This document shows, in pieces, positions 29,408-38,453 of a stretch of DNA of 64,000 bases. The notes below the pieces were generated by a model. That model saw only the letters and a list, made by a program, of their open reading frames with translations, made no database searches and had not been told where the DNA came from. Position 1 is the first letter of the stretch, and every line of letters starts with the position of its first letter. The DNA lies in assembly GCA_963837955.1 (NCBI GenBank), contig CAWIPH010000002.1, positions 4,256,001 through 4,320,000 on the forward strand, written 5' to 3'. The stretch is from an uncultured Verrucomicrobiae bacterium (lineage in GTDB: Bacteria > Verrucomicrobiota > Verrucomicrobiia > Chthoniobacterales > JAFAMB01). The position numbers and the translations under genes are program-made.

Positions 29408-30205
29408 ATGCGCTTTTCTCTTGGACTTTTTTTGGCTTTCAGCGGCTTTGCCTCCATGCTTGGGGCGGAAGAGTCAGCCGTTCCCACTCCGTCACCCGCC
29501 AATTCTCCCGCTCCGACTGCCTTGAAACCCGCAACTTATTTCCAGATCAATGTTGACGGTCCCTACATCGCAATGACGTTCGACGACGGACCTAGCCCGG
29601 AAACTACTCCGCGGCTGCTAGATATCCTCAAGCAGAGGAACATTAAGGCGACCTTCTTTATGATTGGTCAAAATGCGGAGCGGAACCCTGAAATCGTGAA
29701 GCGGATTTTGGCCGATGGCCATGAGATCGGGAATCATTCCTGGACTCATCCACAGTTCGCTAAGCTGTCGGACGATCGGGTCTCGGAAGAAATCACGAAG
29801 ACCCAAAACGCCATTAAAGCTGCTTCCGGCTATACCCCGACTCTGCTTCGACCACCGTACGGATCGATCACCGCTCGCCAAAAGGAATGGATCGAAAATC
29901 AGTTTGGTTTGAGTGTCATTCTGTGGTCGGTGGACCCATTTGATTGGAAGCGCCCAGGTGCTTCCGTAATCGAGCAGCGCATCCTTTCTGGTGCTCGACC
30001 TGGGGCCATCATTCTTTCCCACGACATTCATAAACAGACTGTCGATTCGATGCCATCCACGCTCGATGAATTGGCGGCAAAAGGTTTTAAGTTTGTGACC
30101 GTCAGCCAACTCATTGCGATGAACCGGCCCAAGTCCTCACCGGCCCCAAGCAGTACCGCGACTCAACCGCCCAAGCCTAAGTCAAAAAAGGCTGCGGCCA
30201 AATAA
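29408..30205 (+). CDS. Secreted CE4 polysaccharide deacetylase
   Basis: TFDDGP, HSWTH, RPPYG, D..DW, ILSHD. Confidence 0.93.
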   Translation: MRFSLGLFLAFSGFASMLGAEESAVPTPSPANSPAPTALKPATYFQINVDGPYIAMTFDDGPSPETTPRLLDILKQRNIKATFFMIGQNAERNPEIVKRILADGHEIGNHSWTHPQFAKLSDDRVSEEITKTQNAIKAASGYTPTLLRPPYGSITARQKEWIENQFGLSVILWSVDPFDWKRPGASVIEQRILSGARPGAIILSHDIHKQTVDSMPSTLDELAAKGFKFVTVSQLIAMNRPKSSPAPSSTATQPPKPKSKKAAAK

Positions 30206-30253
30206 GGTAACTCCCCTTTTGAAAACGGCCTTCGCTGCTTCGAACCCCAAACG

Positions 30254-31975
30254 ATGGTCGTAGAAAAATATTTCGAAACGCGATCGCAGCTCAGCCATGC
30301 GCTGAGCGCACTCGTGACACTCTCACAGCAAACCGGTGAACCGGACGCTACCATTCAGAATCTACAAAGTTTGGGAGCCAACCTTAATGAACCGCTTTTG
30401 TTTGTTGCAGTCGGCGAAGTGAAGGCAGGAAAGTCCTCGCTCCTCAATGCCTTGTTCGGACAAGACTTCTGCAAAACCGACGTACTTCCGGCTACGGACA
30501 AAATCTACATATTCAAATACGGTGACATGGAGCGGGACGTCTCGGTCTCCGAGAACGTCGCGGACTGCTATCGCCCGATCGAGTTTCTGAGGAACTTTAA
30601 CATCGTTGACACTCCGGGAACGAACACAATCGTTGCCAGTCACCAAGATATTACCACTAGCTTTGTACCGTTGGCCGATCTGATCGTTTTTGTCTTCTCG
30701 GTAGTAAATCCCTGGGCCGCCTCAGCGTGGGATTTTCTTCGATTACTTGGACACAGTTGGAAAAAGAACATAGTCTTCGTGTTGCAACAAGCCGATCTCC
30801 GGAGCCCGGAGGAAGTGCGCTCCATAATCCAACATTTGGAGCAAACGATTCTGCAGATACTGGGATCGAACCGCCCCATTTTCGCGGTTTCGGCCAGGCA
30901 AGCTCTCCAGGCCAAGTTGGAAGGAAAAGGAAAGGAGGATCCTCTCTGGCGAAGCAGTAATTTCGGCGCATTAGAAGACTGGATATCCACTACTGTCACC
31001 CAAAGCGAAGAGCGAGGCGGGAAGCTGCGATCTATTGCGCAAACGGGACAGGTGGTTTTGCAGAACGTTCAATCCAAGATTCGAGGTGCGCTCGATTTCC
31101 TCAAATCAGATGAGGAAAAAATCGCTTCGATCCGAGGCACCCTCAACGTGCGGAAAGAACAGACGTTACGCCAGGTGGGTGGTTTCATTCGCGAAATGGA
31201 GATGGCCTACGACGCTTGTCGGGAACGGGGCGAAAAGTTACTCGAAGAACGGCTCGGTATTTTTCAAACCTTCAAAATGATTTTCTCGGGCGGACGTTGG
31301 GAGAAAGATTTTCAAGATAAAATCGAAAGTGACGTTCGAACCAAGGTTCAAGCACAGATCGAGCGTGCACTCGAACTCTTGGAATCGGACCTCCGGCATA
31401 TCTGGCAAGAACTGCAAGACAAGGTGCAGGCTCAGTTCGATTCGGATACCAAAAAACAGGTCCGCGCGGCGGTTCCTGGCTTCTTAAGTCAGCGCGGAGT
31501 CATTTTACAAAAAATCCAACTCACCTTATTGGAGCAAACATCAGACGCCAAGATCAAGGAGCAACTCCAAGATTGGTTTGGAGAGACTGCTCGCTGGCTT
31601 CGGGTGCCGGCCGGAGTTGCGGCAGCCGGGGGAATCTTCACTATTATTGCCGCGCTAGCCCATGCGGCGATTCTCGATGTCACCGGCACGGTCGCGGGCC
31701 TGGCCGCATTTACCGGCACTGTCTACGCCGTGTTTCGACGCCGCCACATTCTCCGGGAATATCGGCTTCGCATGGACGAGAAAAGAAGGGAATTAGCCGA
31801 GGCCGTGGAAACTCAACTGCGGCATGCCATTACCGCGTTTTACCTCGAAGTCGGTCAAACTTTTGCTCCCCTCGAAAGTTTCTGCCAAGCCGAGATGGAG
31901 CGACATCTCCCGCTGCAAGAACGTGCCGCGGAAATTGAGAAGTCACTTTTGGAGATCAAGGGTCAGCTCGGATGA
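30254..31975 (+). CDS. Bacterial dynamin-like GTPase
   Basis: GEVKAGKS, DTPG, helical stalk, hydrophobic hairpin near the C-terminus. Confidence 0.85.
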   Translation: MVVEKYFETRSQLSHALSALVTLSQQTGEPDATIQNLQSLGANLNEPLLFVAVGEVKAGKSSLLNALFGQDFCKTDVLPATDKIYIFKYGDMERDVSVSENVADCYRPIEFLRNFNIVDTPGTNTIVASHQDITTSFVPLADLIVFVFSVVNPWAASAWDFLRLLGHSWKKNIVFVLQQADLRSPEEVRSIIQHLEQTILQILGSNRPIFAVSARQALQAKLEGKGKEDPLWRSSNFGALEDWISTTVTQSEERGGKLRSIAQTGQVVLQNVQSKIRGALDFLKSDEEKIASIRGTLNVRKEQTLRQVGGFIREMEMAYDACRERGEKLLEERLGIFQTFKMIFSGGRWEKDFQDKIESDVRTKVQAQIERALELLESDLRHIWQELQDKVQAQFDSDTKKQVRAAVPGFLSQRGVILQKIQLTLLEQTSDAKIKEQLQDWFGETARWLRVPAGVAAAGGIFTIIAALAHAAILDVTGTVAGLAAFTGTVYAVFRRRHILREYRLRMDEKRRELAEAVETQLRHAITAFYLEVGQTFAPLESFCQAEMERHLPLQERAAEIEKSLLEIKGQLG

Positions 31976-31976
31976 A

Positions 31977-32040
31977 AGCCAATATCTGATAACCGATAGC
32001 AAATTTTGGCTATTGGCTATTTGCTATTGGCCATCGGCTT
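31977..32040. repeat. Opposed heptamer arrays (AGCCAAT-like x4, TTGGCTA-like x5)
   Basis: Read directly from the intergenic sequence. Confidence 0.75.
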
Positions 32041-32065
32041 ATGGCAGGCTCTGCGCACATTCTGG

Positions 32066-32929
32066 ATGAGTCGGTTCTTGCGAAGACTATTGAGCGCGGT
32101 CGCCATGTGGCTGATCGCTCTGCTGGTTATCTTCTCCGCCAACGAACTATTTTTCCTTTTACTGGTGGCTTCGCTCGGTCTCGCTGGTCTCTGGGAATAC
32201 TTCCAGATGATCGAAAAATCTGGTATGCGCTGCTTCAAAGCGTTCGGCCTCGTTTGCGGAGCGACTTATTTTGTTGGCAGCTTTGTATTCTACCATCTGA
32301 ATGGATTCGGATCCGCTTACGACTTCGAGACGGTGGTACTGGTGATTTTCCTTTTTGGTGTGTTCGCTCGCCAAATGTTTCGGCCGACGACCAAACAGGC
32401 GCCCTTAGAGACGATGGCCTACACCCTTTTCGGCATCCTGTACGTCGCGTGGCTCTTCAACTTTCTCACCAAAATAGTCTACGTCACCCCACCAACTCCA
32501 TCCGGAGCGACGACTGGGCAGTTTTACGTTCTTTATCTAGTTGTGGTGACTAAATTTAGCGACATGGGCGCTTATCTCGTTGGCAGCCGCATCGGCCGCC
32601 ACCAAATGATGCCTCACATCAGTCCGGCAAAGACGTGGGAGGGATTTGGCGGCTCGCTCCTGTTTGCCATCACCGGTAGTTATCTGCTCTTGTTCATCAT
32701 GCCGGATCGCTTGCCGAAACTCAATTTTCTACACGCGACGATTCTTGGACTGCTGATTGGGGTAGCGGCGGTGGTGGGAGACCTCGGAGAATCAATCGTC
32801 AAACGAAGCACCGGTGTGAAAGATTCGGGGAGCGTGCTCCCTGGCATTGGTGGAATAATGGATCTAATCGATAGTTTGCTGTTTACCGGTCCGCTTCTCT
32901 ACTTCTATCTGAGATTCCTCGTTCGATGA
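32066..32929 (+). CDS. cdsA: Phosphatidate cytidylyltransferase
   Basis: SDMGAY, SPAKTWEG, KDSGSVLPGIGGIMDLIDS. Confidence 0.95.
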   Translation: MSRFLRRLLSAVAMWLIALLVIFSANELFFLLLVASLGLAGLWEYFQMIEKSGMRCFKAFGLVCGATYFVGSFVFYHLNGFGSAYDFETVVLVIFLFGVFARQMFRPTTKQAPLETMAYTLFGILYVAWLFNFLTKIVYVTPPTPSGATTGQFYVLYLVVVTKFSDMGAYLVGSRIGRHQMMPHISPAKTWEGFGGSLLFAITGSYLLLFIMPDRLPKLNFLHATILGLLIGVAAVVGDLGESIVKRSTGVKDSGSVLPGIGGIMDLIDSLLFTGPLLYFYLRFLVR

Positions 32930-34083
32930 GAAAACGTCGCGTTATCCTGCTTGGCTCCACCGGCTCCATCGGTACGAGCGCCATCAAGGTTGCCGAAAGC
33001 ATGCCGGACCGGATGGAGATTGTCGGCATGGCCGCTCGCCAAAACGCTGTAGCGCTCGCCGAGTCCGCCAATCGGCTCCGGCCGTCGCATCTTTGTCTGG
33101 TCGATCCAACTCAGCTTCCGGAGCTCCGCACCCTGCTTCGTTACCGCCCAGAGGTTCTCACCGGCGAGGAGGGCCTCGAAGCGTTAGCCCGAGTGGAAAC
33201 GGCGGATCTGGTTCTGGTAGCGATCATCGGCACGGCAGGATTCCGCCCCGCTATGGGAGCAATCGACACGGGAAAAGATTTGGCCGTGGCCAGCAAGGAA
33301 ATCTTGGTAATGGCCGGAGAAATGGTGATGCAGCGAGCTCGGGAGAAAGGGGTCCGAGTTTTACCGGTAGACAGTGAACACAACGCTATCTTTCAATGTC
33401 TGGAAGGAAAACCGGGCCACCACGTTAAGAATCTCATTCTGACTGCTTCGGGCGGCCCATTTCGGACCTGGCCAGTAGAAAAATTAGCGTCGGTCACAGT
33501 GATGGAGGCCCTCAAACATCCAACCTGGAACATGGGGCAAAAAATCACCATTGATTCGGCCACGCTCTTTAATAAGGGCCTGGAGATGATCGAGGCCAGG
33601 TGGCTCTTCGACGTTCCGATGGAGCAGGTCCAGGTCATCGTCCATCCGCAAAGCATCGTGCACTCCATGGTCGAGTTCGTCGATGGCTCAATTTTGGCGC
33701 AACTTAGCCATTCCGACATGTGTTTCCCCATACAATACGCCGTGACTTGGCCCGATCGTGTCCCGAACACACTTAAGCCGCTCCGCTTGGCGGAGCTTGG
33801 CCATCTCGACTTTGAAGAACCGCGCTACGAAGCATTCCCCGCCTTGAACCTCGCTCGACGCGCCGGCCAAAACGGCGGAGTCTTGCCGGCCATTTTGAAT
33901 GCAGCAAACGAAGAAGCAGTCAAAGCTTTCCTACAGGGCCGAATTCCGTTTCCGCGGATTTGGTCCCTGGTAGAGAACGCAATGGAACAGGTAGAGAGTT
34001 TTGCCAGACCAAGTCTCAGTGATATACTGGAGGCCGATGCCAAAGCCCGCGCAAATGTCCAAGGAGCGCTCCAACATCATTAG
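32926..34083 (+). CDS. dxr: 1-deoxy-D-xylulose 5-phosphate reductoisomerase
   Basis: GSTGSIG, PVDSEH, HPTWNMG.KITIDS, NKGLE. Confidence 0.97.
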   Translation: MRKRRVILLGSTGSIGTSAIKVAESMPDRMEIVGMAARQNAVALAESANRLRPSHLCLVDPTQLPELRTLLRYRPEVLTGEEGLEALARVETADLVLVAIIGTAGFRPAMGAIDTGKDLAVASKEILVMAGEMVMQRAREKGVRVLPVDSEHNAIFQCLEGKPGHHVKNLILTASGGPFRTWPVEKLASVTVMEALKHPTWNMGQKITIDSATLFNKGLEMIEARWLFDVPMEQVQVIVHPQSIVHSMVEFVDGSILAQLSHSDMCFPIQYAVTWPDRVPNTLKPLRLAELGHLDFEEPRYEAFPALNLARRAGQNGGVLPAILNAANEEAVKAFLQGRIPFPRIWSLVENAMEQVESFARPSLSDILEADAKARANVQGALQHH

Positions 34084-34086
34084 TCT

Positions 34087-35733
34087 ATGATCCTCAATAT
34101 TTTACGTATCGGCCTCATCATTTTAGAGGTCGTACTGATCTTTAACCTGCTGATTATCGTCCACGAGTTAGGGCACTTTCTGGCAGCGCGCTGGAGGGGG
34201 CTTTACGTCGACAAATTTGGAGTCTGGTTCGGGCGACCCATCTGGAAAAAAGTCATCAGCGGAGTCGAATTTAGCCTCGGTTGGATCCCGGCCGGCGGAT
34301 TCGTTCTTTTGCCCCAGATGGCTCCCATGGAAGCGATCGAAGGCAAGCCGGACACCACTCGATCCGAACTGCCGCCGATCAAGCCGTTGGATAAGATCAT
34401 CGTGGCCTTTGCCGGGCCATTGTTCAGTTTTCTTTTGGCACTAGCGTTTGCCACCCTGGTCTGGGCCGTCGGTCGCCCGATGCCGGAAGCTGAAACCACG
34501 ACCACGGTTGGATATGTGGCGCCGGACGGGCCGGCGGCCAAGGCCGGCTTCCTGCCCGGAGACAAGATTCTGGAGGTCGACGGTCATCCCGTCTCTCGAT
34601 TTAATGGCATGGTCGACAGCATCGCTTGGTACGTCGTACGAAGCGAAGGATCGACCATCCGCTTCAAAGTGCAAAGAGGAGACCAAATTTTGAATTTGGT
34701 TTCCGAATTTGAAAGACCGGAGACCACCGGTTGGGAGCGAAAATCGCTCCGGCAAGTCGATTTCTCCGCCGCGACGACCCCAGTTGTTGCCAAGGTTGAG
34801 CCGGGCTCAGCGGCAGCCGAGGCTGGGTTAAAATCGAATGATCAAATCGTCGCGATTGACGGGCAGAAAATTTATTATCCGCTTCGGATTACGGAATGGG
34901 AACAACAGCATCCGGGCCAGATGATTCCGCTCACGGTGATGCGGAACAAAGGGCAAGTGCAAATCATGTTGCGCCCAAGTCGACCGGTCATCAATACCGT
35001 GATCAAAAACAGCCCGGCCGAAGTCGCAGGTGTGCGTCCTGGGGACCGAATCGTCGCTCTGAATGACGAGCAGATTTATGACTGGGCCACCGTGGTGAAG
35101 CATGTCGAACAGAACCAAGGCAAACCGTTAACGTTGACCGTTCAACAAGGCGATCGACAGCTAAAGGCCCGTATTCTTCCCCAAACACCAGATGGGCAAA
35201 AGCAGGCGATGCTGGGCATCATTTCGTCCGACGCATCCTACGGTATTACCTGGGATGCCGGTGGGAAGATGACCATTGCCCACACGTCGCCAATCGAACA
35301 GATATCGGCCGGTGTTCAGACCTTAACCAACACGGTCGGTGCTCTGATGTCCCCTCAATCCGACATCAAGCTACAACACATGAGCGGTCCGATCATGATC
35401 ATGCGGACCTACTATATCCTTTTCCAGAGCGATTTCGGTTGGCAGTTGGCCCTTTGGTTCAGTGTTGTTTTTAATATCAACCTAGCGGTCATCAATTTGC
35501 TGCCGATCCCGGTTCTGGATGGAGGCCACATTCTTTTGGCGATTCTCGAAGCTATTCGGCGCCGTCCATTGAACCTGAAACTGCTGGAAATACTGCAGGG
35601 AGCATGCGCCATTCTTCTGATCGGATTCATGCTCTATGTTTCCTTTTACGACGTTCAGGATCTCCCCTGGAACAGCAACCAAAAACCGATCTTCAGTAGT
35701 CCGGCGAAAGCTGCACCTCCAGAAAATCCATGA
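34087..35733 (+). CDS. rseP: RIP metalloprotease with multiple PDZ domains
   Basis: HELGH, NLLPIPVLDGGH. Confidence 0.95.
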   Translation: MILNILRIGLIILEVVLIFNLLIIVHELGHFLAARWRGLYVDKFGVWFGRPIWKKVISGVEFSLGWIPAGGFVLLPQMAPMEAIEGKPDTTRSELPPIKPLDKIIVAFAGPLFSFLLALAFATLVWAVGRPMPEAETTTTVGYVAPDGPAAKAGFLPGDKILEVDGHPVSRFNGMVDSIAWYVVRSEGSTIRFKVQRGDQILNLVSEFERPETTGWERKSLRQVDFSAATTPVVAKVEPGSAAAEAGLKSNDQIVAIDGQKIYYPLRITEWEQQHPGQMIPLTVMRNKGQVQIMLRPSRPVINTVIKNSPAEVAGVRPGDRIVALNDEQIYDWATVVKHVEQNQGKPLTLTVQQGDRQLKARILPQTPDGQKQAMLGIISSDASYGITWDAGGKMTIAHTSPIEQISAGVQTLTNTVGALMSPQSDIKLQHMSGPIMIMRTYYILFQSDFGWQLALWFSVVFNINLAVINLLPIPVLDGGHILLAILEAIRRRPLNLKLLEILQGACAILLIGFMLYVSFYDVQDLPWNSNQKPIFSSPAKAAPPENP

Positions 35734-37517
35734 GCCGCTTTTGTCCCAACCCGTGGTCTTACCGACGCCGTGAGACCCGCGAGGTAAAAGTAGGAAAGGT
35801 CGGAGTCGGCGGTTCAAACCCGATTCGCGTCCAATCGATGTTGACCTGCGACACGATGGATACTGAGGCCTGTATCCAACAAACGCTCGATCTAGTCGCG
35901 GTCGGATGTGAGATCGTTCGAATTACAGCACCGACAGTAAAGGACGCAAAGAATCTGCGGCCGATCAAAGAGGGCCTACTCGCTCGCGGGTGCGACGTTC
36001 CGATCGTAGCTGACATCCACTTTAAGCCCGACGCTGCCGTGGAAGCGGCTCTGTGGGTCGACAAGGTTCGCATTAACCCTGGGAATTACGCTGACTCGAA
36101 GAAATTCGCCGTGAAAGAGTACAGCGACGAGCAGTACACGGCGGAGTTGGATCGGATCCGTGAACGATTCGCACCTTTAGTAAAGCTTTGTCAGCAGCGG
36201 CGCACTAGCATCCGGATCGGAACCAATCACGGTTCGCTAAGCGATCGAATTATGAACCGTTACGGTGATACGCCTCTCGGTATGGTCGAGAGCGCCCTGG
36301 AGTTTGCCCGGATCGCACGCGAGCTTGATTTTCACGATTTTATTTTCTCCATGAAGGCCAGCAATCCGAAGGTGATGATTGCAGCCTATCGCTTGCTCGT
36401 CTCGCGCCTTTATCAAGCCGGACCTGATTGGAACTATCCGCTGCATCTCGGGGTTACCGAAGCAGGCGATGGGGAAGATGGCCGGATCAAGAGTGCCATC
36501 GGTATTGGCTCCCTGTTGGCAGACGGATTGGGCGATACCGTTCGTGTTTCTCTCACGGAAGACAGCGTCCACGAAATCCCGGTCGCTCAGGCGTTGATCG
36601 AGCCCTACAACCGCCAAGTGGGTCAGCGGGCAAAGCTAAATCCGATCGATCTGCCATTCGATCCATTTCAATACGACCGCCGTCATGCCGACAAAATTCA
36701 GGTAGGCGCAGTGCAGGCCGGTGGCGACGAATTGATTCGAGTCGCGATTCGGCAGAAGAGTTTTGAGCAGATCGCGCACAAGGTCGATCGCATGGGCGAT
36801 TTCAAGCCGGAATTCGTGGTCGAGCAGACGAGTATCGTTGCGCTTGATCCGCGAGATGATTCTGCGCTGGCGACTTTGAGCGGAAATAGTGAGCCACGGA
36901 TGGTGACGGTGCGTGATGATATTGATCTGCCGGTTATCACCGCATTCCGGCTATTGGCAGCAAAAATACCACGCCGTCACCCAATTTTGCTCAAGGACAC
37001 GCTTACTCCCTCCGCTGATCCGCACCGCGACTTTATCCAAACCCTGCTGAGCTCTGCCACCAACCTGGGAGCTCTGCTCTGTGACGGAATTGGAGACGCC
37101 ATCTTGGTGCAAAGAGAAGAAGCGCCGGGTCAGTCACTCCGATTGGCCTACAACATCTTGCAGGCCGCTGGGAGCCGAATTTTCAAGACCGATTACGTAG
37201 CCTGCCCATCGTGTGGCCGCACGCTGTTCAATTTGCAGACCACCACCGCGCGCATCAAAGAGGCCACCCTACACCTCAAAGGCGTCAAGATTGCTATCAT
37301 GGGCTGCATCGTGAACGGGCCTGGTGAAATGGCCGACGCTGATTTCGGTTACGTTGGCGGAGCACCGGGCAAAGTGAATCTCTACATCGGCAAAACGCCG
37401 GTGAAGTTCAATATTCCGGAAACGGAAGCAGTGGATCGATTGGTCGATCTCATCAAAGAAAACGGAAAGTGGCTGGAGCCGGCTGCGGAGCGAGCTGAAC
37501 CGGTTTTGGTAGAGTAA
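35730..37517 (+). CDS. ispG: 4-hydroxy-3-methylbut-2-enyl diphosphate synthase (long form)
   Basis: RINPGN, HLGVTEAG, CPSCGR, MGCIVNGPGE. Confidence 0.97.
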   Translation: MSRFCPNPWSYRRRETREVKVGKVGVGGSNPIRVQSMLTCDTMDTEACIQQTLDLVAVGCEIVRITAPTVKDAKNLRPIKEGLLARGCDVPIVADIHFKPDAAVEAALWVDKVRINPGNYADSKKFAVKEYSDEQYTAELDRIRERFAPLVKLCQQRRTSIRIGTNHGSLSDRIMNRYGDTPLGMVESALEFARIARELDFHDFIFSMKASNPKVMIAAYRLLVSRLYQAGPDWNYPLHLGVTEAGDGEDGRIKSAIGIGSLLADGLGDTVRVSLTEDSVHEIPVAQALIEPYNRQVGQRAKLNPIDLPFDPFQYDRRHADKIQVGAVQAGGDELIRVAIRQKSFEQIAHKVDRMGDFKPEFVVEQTSIVALDPRDDSALATLSGNSEPRMVTVRDDIDLPVITAFRLLAAKIPRRHPILLKDTLTPSADPHRDFIQTLLSSATNLGALLCDGIGDAILVQREEAPGQSLRLAYNILQAAGSRIFKTDYVACPSCGRTLFNLQTTTARIKEATLHLKGVKIAIMGCIVNGPGEMADADFGYVGGAPGKVNLYIGKTPVKFNIPETEAVDRLVDLIKENGKWLEPAAERAEPVLVE

Positions 37518-37738
37518 CGGCACATCGACTCCTCTTTGATTGACTTGACCAGAGCTTTCTTGGCTTTCTCGCGACCCTATTTGGCCTTGGTGGTTTCTCC
37601 TGACGCATCGTAACCGTCGACCCGGTTGTTACGCGCCAAGGCATCATCTGGCCTGGGGCCGTTTGCGATTTGCCCTACCGATCGTGGGCAGGTGCGATCT
37701 ATTTCGTCGAGCCAGCCGTAGAATTGACCTAACCGGCG

Positions 37739-38413
37739 TTGGCCGAATACAACAGAAGCCTGCACAATCGGTTGCCCAGAATTTTTCGAGTTGGCGAGAT
37801 GCCTACATCACGGATCGAGGCGTTCAGCGATGGCGTTTTCGCCATCATTGTTACTCTCCTCGTATTGGAGATTCACGTTCCCCAGGCACAGGGTCCGGAC
37901 ATTTCGGCGGCTCTGGGACATAGCCTATTGGTGATGGCGCCAAAGTTCCTCAGCTACATACTGAGTTTCGCAATCGTCTGCATTTGGTGGGTCGCACATC
38001 ACCATCTATTTCATATCCTCAAGAGATCCGACCGCGGACTGCTGTGGCTCAATAGTCTATTCCTTTTGTGGCTCGCATTTATCCCGTTCCCCACGGCTCT
38101 GATGGGAGATTTCCCAGGGGCGCGAGTCGCTGTGATGTGCTACGGCGCAGTCACCACTCTCGCTGGGGTCAGTTTCTGTCTCATGCGCTACTATGCGTTT
38201 TACCTGGCTAAACTGGTAGACGAAAGGATCGACCGGCACCTGCTCAGGTTGGCCATGCTCAGAAGCATAGTGAACCCCGTTCTTCACGCCATTGCCGTAT
38301 TCCTCGCCCTTGTCGATACGCGCCTTTCTATTGCTCTTTATATTATTCTTCCACTGATGTTCTTCATACCGAGCAGGCTAGAGAGACATGTGCACTCGGC
38401 GGGGAGGTCGTGA
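37739..38413 (+). CDS. TMEM175 family potassium channel
   Basis: RIEAFSDGVFAIIVTLLVL signature; start may be 37799. Confidence 0.9.
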   Translation: MAEYNRSLHNRLPRIFRVGEMPTSRIEAFSDGVFAIIVTLLVLEIHVPQAQGPDISAALGHSLLVMAPKFLSYILSFAIVCIWWVAHHHLFHILKRSDRGLLWLNSLFLLWLAFIPFPTALMGDFPGARVAVMCYGAVTTLAGVSFCLMRYYAFYLAKLVDERIDRHLLRLAMLRSIVNPVLHAIAVFLALVDTRLSIALYIILPLMFFIPSRLERHVHSAGRS

Positions 38414-38453
38414 GCGCGAATGTTTCCCTCTTGTCGCACCCTTTCTCCGCCCC

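Noticed and set aside
35730..37517. Unusually long IspG as a novelty
   Set aside because: Long IspG forms with an inserted domain are already known
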